Shown here: positions 56,512-61,188 of the stretch, in pieces | How positions within the stretch are numbered: position 1 is the stretch's first letter | Layout of the letters: each line of letters starts with the position of its first letter | Assembly (NCBI GenBank): GCA_964619975.1 | Contig: CAZUIY010000061.1 | Location: 1-61,188 of the forward strand | Length of the DNA stretch: 61,188 nt | Source: an uncultured Gemmatimonadales bacterium | GTDB taxonomy: Bacteria > Gemmatimonadota > Gemmatimonadetes > JACCXV01 > JAHWKZ01 | Direction of reading: 5' to 3' | Position numbers and translations under genes: made by a program | The notes under the pieces: generated by a model | Databases searched by the model: none | The model's input: only the letters and a program-made list of their open reading frames with translations | Told to the model about the DNA's origin: nothing

Positions 56512-57072
56512 ATGAGAGAAGTCATAATTGAATTATCAAACCACTTCGGAGTAAACGTCGAAGAAATCACAACGGGGACCAATGATTACCCCGAGAACCT
56601 ACAGCCAGTACTGACGGACTTTGAATCCATCGACCATTTAAAGGCAGTCCGCGAGGAATTGGAAAGTACAGGCCATAAGTGCATAGAAATCGAAATGCAC
56701 AAGAAAAACGGTTGGAGCCTTTGGAACTACGTGCGCTACGAATCATTTCCAGGAATGTACCGAAAGGCCAAAGACAGAGATTGGACATTCGACATTGACA
56801 CCAACAAGAAGCGAAAAGCGCAGCGAAACCACGTTAAAGTCACTTTGTTCGGGGATAGACCCGAAAACCCCTCAGAAGCCAAGGAAATAAGCGACAGCAT
56901 AGTTTCTGAACTTCCAGAGAACGTAGGAACGGTGACAGTATTTTATGACCCTGATAATGGTTACGCGTTTGAACGATGGGCTAGTGACCAAACCACGGGA
57001 TATTACGAAGATACAAATCATTATAAAATAGCCCTACTGATTGAGTCAGCACCAGATCAGGAAGAAGAATAA
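56512..57072 (+). CDS. Early hypothetical protein
   Basis: 186 aa; aaaagccATG start. Confidence 0.7.
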   Translation: MREVIIELSNHFGVNVEEITTGTNDYPENLQPVLTDFESIDHLKAVREELESTGHKCIEIEMHKKNGWSLWNYVRYESFPGMYRKAKDRDWTFDIDTNKKRKAQRNHVKVTLFGDRPENPSEAKEISDSIVSELPENVGTVTVFYDPDNGYAFERWASDQTTGYYEDTNHYKIALLIESAPDQEEE

Positions 57073-57133
57073 AAAACTCATGGCTGAGTCCCGAAAGCCG
57101 GTTATCCGGTGAGTAGGGTAAGCCATTTCACAC

Positions 57134-57358
57134 ATGAAAAAACACGCCAAAAACCACAAGCATCTCCGCAACTGGTTCAGCCACAAAAAGAACTTTTGGG
57201 AGAAAGTAGTGGAAGATATTTACTTTAGCGTTCGATGTGTCAATTCAAAATGGATCCTCGTTATACGCCGGAACGGGGAAAGAAAAGAAATACCGGCGAA
57301 CAACTCATTCCATGCGTACTGCATGGCAAATAAGTACATCCAAAAAATGAACTCATAA
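57134..57358 (+). CDS. Early hypothetical protein
   Basis: Co-directional small basic ORF. Confidence 0.55.
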   Translation: MKKHAKNHKHLRNWFSHKKNFWEKVVEDIYFSVRCVNSKWILVIRRNGERKEIPANNSFHAYCMANKYIQKMNS

Positions 57359-57369
57359 AATAAATCACG

Positions 57370-57669
57370 ATGGAATATTCAGAATTAGAGAAAAAGATCC
57401 TCCAAAAAGGAAGAGCAAACTTCAGAAAAGAGTTGGAAGAAGCGTCTAAACCTATGTTGGAAGTTCTAAAGAAATACCGCATGCGCCATGATCACGAACT
57501 CCTAAATAAAATCACATTATCGTATCCTTATGATAGTTCAATCTATTACCAGCGTGCCGTTAGAATACCCAATGATAGTGAACTCACAAGCCTTGACGGC
57601 TTACTACTTGACCTATTTATGGAAGAAGTAAAAGAGCTGAAAGGCAGAATTGACGAATTAGGTATTTAA
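57370..57669 (+). CDS. Early hypothetical protein
   Basis: Co-directional ORF. Confidence 0.6.
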   Translation: MEYSELEKKILQKGRANFRKELEEASKPMLEVLKKYRMRHDHELLNKITLSYPYDSSIYYQRAVRIPNDSELTSLDGLLLDLFMEEVKELKGRIDELGI

Positions 57670-57673
57670 AACC

Positions 57674-57880
57674 ATGAAACACCTTTTACAATTCTTACTT
57701 CTGGCAGGGATAATCTTTGCCGCAACTTTTGGAATCAACTACCTTTTCATCCAGGCAGACCCAACAATGAACTTTGATGGTGTCCGGGAACCCGTGGCAT
57801 ACGGATCTATGATGTTCGCCATTCTAATCTCTGGCGCGATATTGCTCTACCAACCACCGAAAATAAAATTCACCCGATAA
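57674..57880 (+). CDS. Early two-TM membrane protein
   Basis: Two hydrophobic segments. Confidence 0.6.
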   Translation: MKHLLQFLLLAGIIFAATFGINYLFIQADPTMNFDGVREPVAYGSMMFAILISGAILLYQPPKIKFTR

Positions 57881-57890
57881 AATCAAGAAA

Positions 57891-58154
57891 ATGGCACACA
57901 CAATCAATACCAAAGATATTGCAGAATGTATTGAAGTTCTGACCACAATTAAACCTGAAGAAACCATAACTCCGGATCGCTACGAACTCCGTTTAGGACG
58001 AAAAGACCCTTTAGAAATGGGTTATGATAAAAGCCGGAGATTAGCACCCGAAGAACAGTTAAGCCGTAGCGCTCACATTAGAATGCTGCAAGAGGTTTGC
58101 GAAATGATGAAATTAGGAGACCAATTTATAGAATGGTGTCAAGCAAACAGATAA
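57891..58154 (+). CDS. Early hypothetical protein
   Basis: Co-directional ORF. Confidence 0.6.
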   Translation: MAHTINTKDIAECIEVLTTIKPEETITPDRYELRLGRKDPLEMGYDKSRRLAPEEQLSRSAHIRMLQEVCEMMKLGDQFIEWCQANR

Positions 58155-58252
58155 CGAAATGAAAACCCTCTGCACACAATTTGAGAACTGGTTCGACAAG
58201 CACTTCGGATGGTTCTTTGAGAACGGAATGAAGCACCAAAACAGAAACCAAG

Positions 58253-58537
58253 ATGGCCTCTGAATCAAATATGACTAGTCACCGCAAACCCCTTACAGAC
58301 TTCCGCAGGGCCACACCCAAGGATATCGGATGGGATAAAACCATCTTCCTGGTATGTGATGAAAACAGCCGGAACGTCATTTTGCACGAAATGAAGATCA
58401 AAAAGCTGAACTTATCCGAGGTCCCTCCAAAAGTAGGACACAACGCATTCCAGCACGATACCGAGAGAGACAACGAAAACGCAGAAATGATGCGACGACT
58501 GAAAAAACTTGCAGGGCATTATCTTGTTATGACATGA
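58253..58537 (+). CDS. Early hypothetical protein
   Basis: Co-directional ORF; start uncertain. Confidence 0.55.
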   Translation: MASESNMTSHRKPLTDFRRATPKDIGWDKTIFLVCDENSRNVILHEMKIKKLNLSEVPPKVGHNAFQHDTERDNENAEMMRRLKKLAGHYLVMT

Positions 58538-58716
58538 AAACTATGAGCCATGAACCCTATAACAAAAATAGAGATAGCAATTTTACGCGATTCTCAAAGC
58601 ATCTACCAGTTGAACGCACGATGGGAACTACTCACCGAAAAAGAGCAGAAAAACAGGCGTCTCAGGAAAATAAAAGTCGTGATGCTTAGAAAATTGAGAA
58701 AACAACAACCGAACCC

Positions 58717-59052
58717 ATGAAGAAATTAAACAGAGGTGATAAAATTTACCTTGACACCGAAAAAACAAAAGAATCGAGTGTAAACACATACTTAGGCTGT
58801 AGAGATGGCATTGTAGAAGTTTATGAATACATCGACACATCGGGATACGGCTCTAAAACACGATTGTTTCTTTGTAGAAACACCAAACACGAATGCACGT
58901 CTATTATTCGTCAAACATGGAATATTATCGTAAATCAATGGCTTGAAGAAGAAATGAGTTTTGATTCGGATTCGTTTGAATACCTAGAAGCCATTATTAA
59001 CGGAAGAAAAGACGAGTCAGGAGGAACATACACTCTTATACGCGATTATTAA
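58717..59052 (+). CDS. Early hypothetical protein
   Basis: Co-directional ORF. Confidence 0.6.
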   Translation: MKKLNRGDKIYLDTEKTKESSVNTYLGCRDGIVEVYEYIDTSGYGSKTRLFLCRNTKHECTSIIRQTWNIIVNQWLEEEMSFDSDSFEYLEAIINGRKDESGGTYTLIRDY

Positions 59053-59063
59053 AAACCAAAGCC

Positions 59064-59423
59064 ATGAAATCAAAAGAAATTTATAAGGAGATCAGACGCA
59101 TAACCGACGAACATCACGCTTACGTCGATCAAATGCTTGCAGTGGCTAAATGGATAAAATCCGAGTTTATGCCTAAGCGCTCTAAACAGACGTTTTTTAA
59201 TCCAAAATTCAACAAGCCAAAACCATCGCCGGATGACGTTACATTCAGTGTTGACGTGCTTATAATTGACGAAAATGAACTTCACGGAGTAGCCTGTTAC
59301 TCTTTTGAAGATGAAAAATGGATATTTCATACTGATACGCTCGTTGATTACGATGAAGTGGGCCATGAAACACAATGGCGATGGTATTACCCAACATTCA
59401 CAAAGGAAGATGTAAACTTTTAA
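59064..59423 (+). CDS. Early hypothetical protein
   Basis: aaagccATG start; DUF551-like C-terminal Trp-rich segment. Confidence 0.6.
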   Translation: MKSKEIYKEIRRITDEHHAYVDQMLAVAKWIKSEFMPKRSKQTFFNPKFNKPKPSPDDVTFSVDVLIIDENELHGVACYSFEDEKWIFHTDTLVDYDEVGHETQWRWYYPTFTKEDVNF

Positions 59424-59425
59424 CC

Positions 59426-59650
59426 ATGAAAACAGAAATCACCAAATTCAATCTCCGACCCCTGCAGTACCTCTCAGGACTGAAATCCATGATCTACACC
59501 CAGGCATTAATTGAATGCGCCCTACACGGACAGATGGTGCCATTCCTGCAGCTCATAGAACTCAGCAAAAGGAAAGCCAAGGCTCAGAACATCGTGGAGG
59601 AACAAGGACAAGTGGAACTCAATAAATTTTTACGGATTATTCAAAACTGA
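59426..59650 (+). CDS. Early hypothetical protein
   Basis: The ATG at 59426 follows the upstream stop. Confidence 0.55.
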   Translation: MKTEITKFNLRPLQYLSGLKSMIYTQALIECALHGQMVPFLQLIELSKRKAKAQNIVEEQGQVELNKFLRIIQN

Positions 59651-59654
59651 AATT

Positions 59655-60056
59655 ATGAACAAAGAAAACCTTTTAAAAGCAGCCGACTACATCGAAACCA
59701 TTCCGCAGGAGAAGTTTGATATGCGCGATTGGCGCAGCGGTCAAACGTCTACCCATAAATGCTGTAGCGTGGGATGTATACTGGGACATTGCACTATACT
59801 TGACGAAAAAGAAAACGTTTTTAGATTTAAGAGATGGGATGGCCATATTGATTTTTACGATTGGGCTGCGTCTTTTTTCAGCTTACAGAGGTATTCCGAC
59901 GAAATGACATGGCTGTTTCGTTCACAATGGGGGCATAATAACACCGACAACACCCCCACCGGTGCAGCCAAACGAATACGGCACTTTGTCGAACACGGAC
60001 TACCAGAAAACTGGAGAGAACAAATGAACGGAAACGCACCCCTCTGCTACCTATAA
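59655..60056 (+). CDS. Early hypothetical protein
   Basis: L.KAADYIE..FDM..W..C.SVGC.LGH. Confidence 0.65.
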   Translation: MNKENLLKAADYIETIPQEKFDMRDWRSGQTSTHKCCSVGCILGHCTILDEKENVFRFKRWDGHIDFYDWAASFFSLQRYSDEMTWLFRSQWGHNNTDNTPTGAAKRIRHFVEHGLPENWREQMNGNAPLCYL

Positions 60057-60210
60057 TCTCAGAGCCATGCAACGACTGACCCCACACCGACAAAAAGCAA
60101 TGGAGAACTACCGGAAATGGCTTGTATGGACTCCGTTTGCTCACTGGCAACACTGGAAAGAATGGGAAACAAAACGACAACGAGGAATTATACAATAAAA
60201 CCCAAAACAA

Positions 60211-60585
60211 ATGAAAAAGTCAAAAACAAGAGAGGAATTATTGATTAATACTTGTAAGTTTTACAACTCAGAAAATAGAGGTATTGATAAGCTGTATGAT
60301 TGCCGATACATGACTGATGAAAAAAAACGTTGCTCAATAGGTAGGGAGGTGTCTACCAATAAAGCTGTAGAATTGGAAAGAGAAGGCGGTACTGTTCGTC
60401 ATGTGTTCTCACTCCTCCCTAAAAGACTACAATCAATGGGTGAAGACTTCTTGTTATCCATTCAACAGCTACACGATTCAGGATTGAATTGGACAAAAGA
60501 TGGATTATCCTACGCTGGTGTAGAAAAGGTTATGGGTCTAATCCGTGAGTACAAATTAAACGTCACCAAAGAAGATTTGACATGA
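60211..60585 (+). CDS. Early hypothetical protein
   Basis: CRY.T....RC.IG..FL..IQQLHD pattern. Confidence 0.65.
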   Translation: MKKSKTREELLINTCKFYNSENRGIDKLYDCRYMTDEKKRCSIGREVSTNKAVELEREGGTVRHVFSLLPKRLQSMGEDFLLSIQQLHDSGLNWTKDGLSYAGVEKVMGLIREYKLNVTKEDLT

Positions 60586-60736
60586 ACCAACACCACCTCA
60601 GAGAACGCTACACCGGATACGCCATGATCGCCGGATGCCTGATTGCACTAGCAGCCTGTTACCTTCTTATTTCAGCCATCATCAAACCGAAAATGGATTG
60701 GATGTGCCCGGCAAAAACTCAAATCGAAATCAAACT

Positions 60737-61039
60737 ATGAGAAAACTCAAAATACCCAAGCACCTCGACAAGAGACGAAAGTTGACGGACGACCAACGAG
60801 CGGAAATCAAGAGACTCTTTGACTCCGGTCAAACCAATAAGTCTGAACTGGCAAAAAAGTTCAACGTAGGACGAAAGCTTATTGGATGCATTGTTCATCC
60901 CGAAAGAATGGAGCGTCACCTGAGCCAGAACAGGGAGAGAAACCGCGGAAAAACGGACAAAGAAAGAAACGCCGCAGCACAAACCCGGTACAGGGAAAGG
61001 AAAAAAGACCTGTTCCTGGATGGAAAGATCAGGGAGTGA
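60737..61039 (+). CDS. HTH DNA-binding protein
   Basis: RRKLT.DQ..EIK.LF..G.TNKSELAKKFNVGRKLI.CIV.PE; likely start is the ATG at 60737. Confidence 0.7.
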   Translation: MRKLKIPKHLDKRRKLTDDQRAEIKRLFDSGQTNKSELAKKFNVGRKLIGCIVHPERMERHLSQNRERNRGKTDKERNAAAQTRYRERKKDLFLDGKIRE

Positions 61040-61060
61040 TTGTCTGTCCGCAGGCAATTG

Positions 61061-61188
61061 AGCCTGAATGATCCGCCGTATAATGCGCGGGTGGTGCACG
61101 GTGAGGAACGAGCCGAAAGCATCCGAAAGCATTTACGAGTGTGCCACCTGAGCATTATACGCTGTTAGGCGATAGGTCTCTGAGGGTA
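61061..61188 (+). ncRNA. Candidate structured RNA of about 190 nt that continues across the circular junction to base ~133
   Basis: 61068-61080 pairs with 115-127; TATAATGC/GCATTATA and GGGTGG-GCAC/GTGC-CACCT inner helices. Confidence 0.5.
61118..61188. repeat. Terminal direct repeat, right copy
   Basis: Identical to 1-71. Confidence 0.95.

Noticed and set aside
61100-61140. Group II intron domain V, RNase P or c-di-GMP riboswitch (GAGCCG, GAGGAA and GAAA strings)
   Set aside because: Only 5-6-nt fragments match; the flanking conserved elements are absent and there is no RT gene.
1-61188. Stop-codon reassignment hiding missing genes
   Set aside because: Standard-code ORFs tile the genome densely, with long uninterrupted genes ending in TAA, TAG and TGA.

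Overview
This window is almost certainly one complete, circular phage genome. Bases 1-71 are repeated exactly at 61118-61188, giving a unit length of 61,117 bp. The host is probably a Bacteroidota: promoters are of the TTTG..TAnnTTTG type, translation starts are A-rich without Shine-Dalgarno motifs, and several protein families are typical of Bacteroidota phages. Small early genes run on the + strand from about 55.1 kb across the junction to about 4.3 kb. That block ends with a tandem GroES-like gene and a compact glycan-modification cassette: a Ser-rich protein, a DUF579-like methyltransferase, a Stealth-like phosphotransferase and a GT29 sialyltransferase-like protein. Almost everything else is on the - strand. 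The replication/recombination genes are a replication initiator, AEP primase-helicase, RuvC, an SSB-like protein, an SMC-like ATPase and a second GroES. They are followed by spanin-like genes and a non-coding RNA cluster that includes a greatly expanded tRNA-like RNA. The virion module is crAss-like/podoviral (portal, scaffold, major capsid, ring proteins, muzzle, ejection proteins), followed by a host-surface module, a holin-like gene and a DUF5675 endolysin. I could not recognise a terminase large subunit, DNA polymerase, RNA polymerase or integrase. All family calls come from motif recognition by eye; no searches were run.
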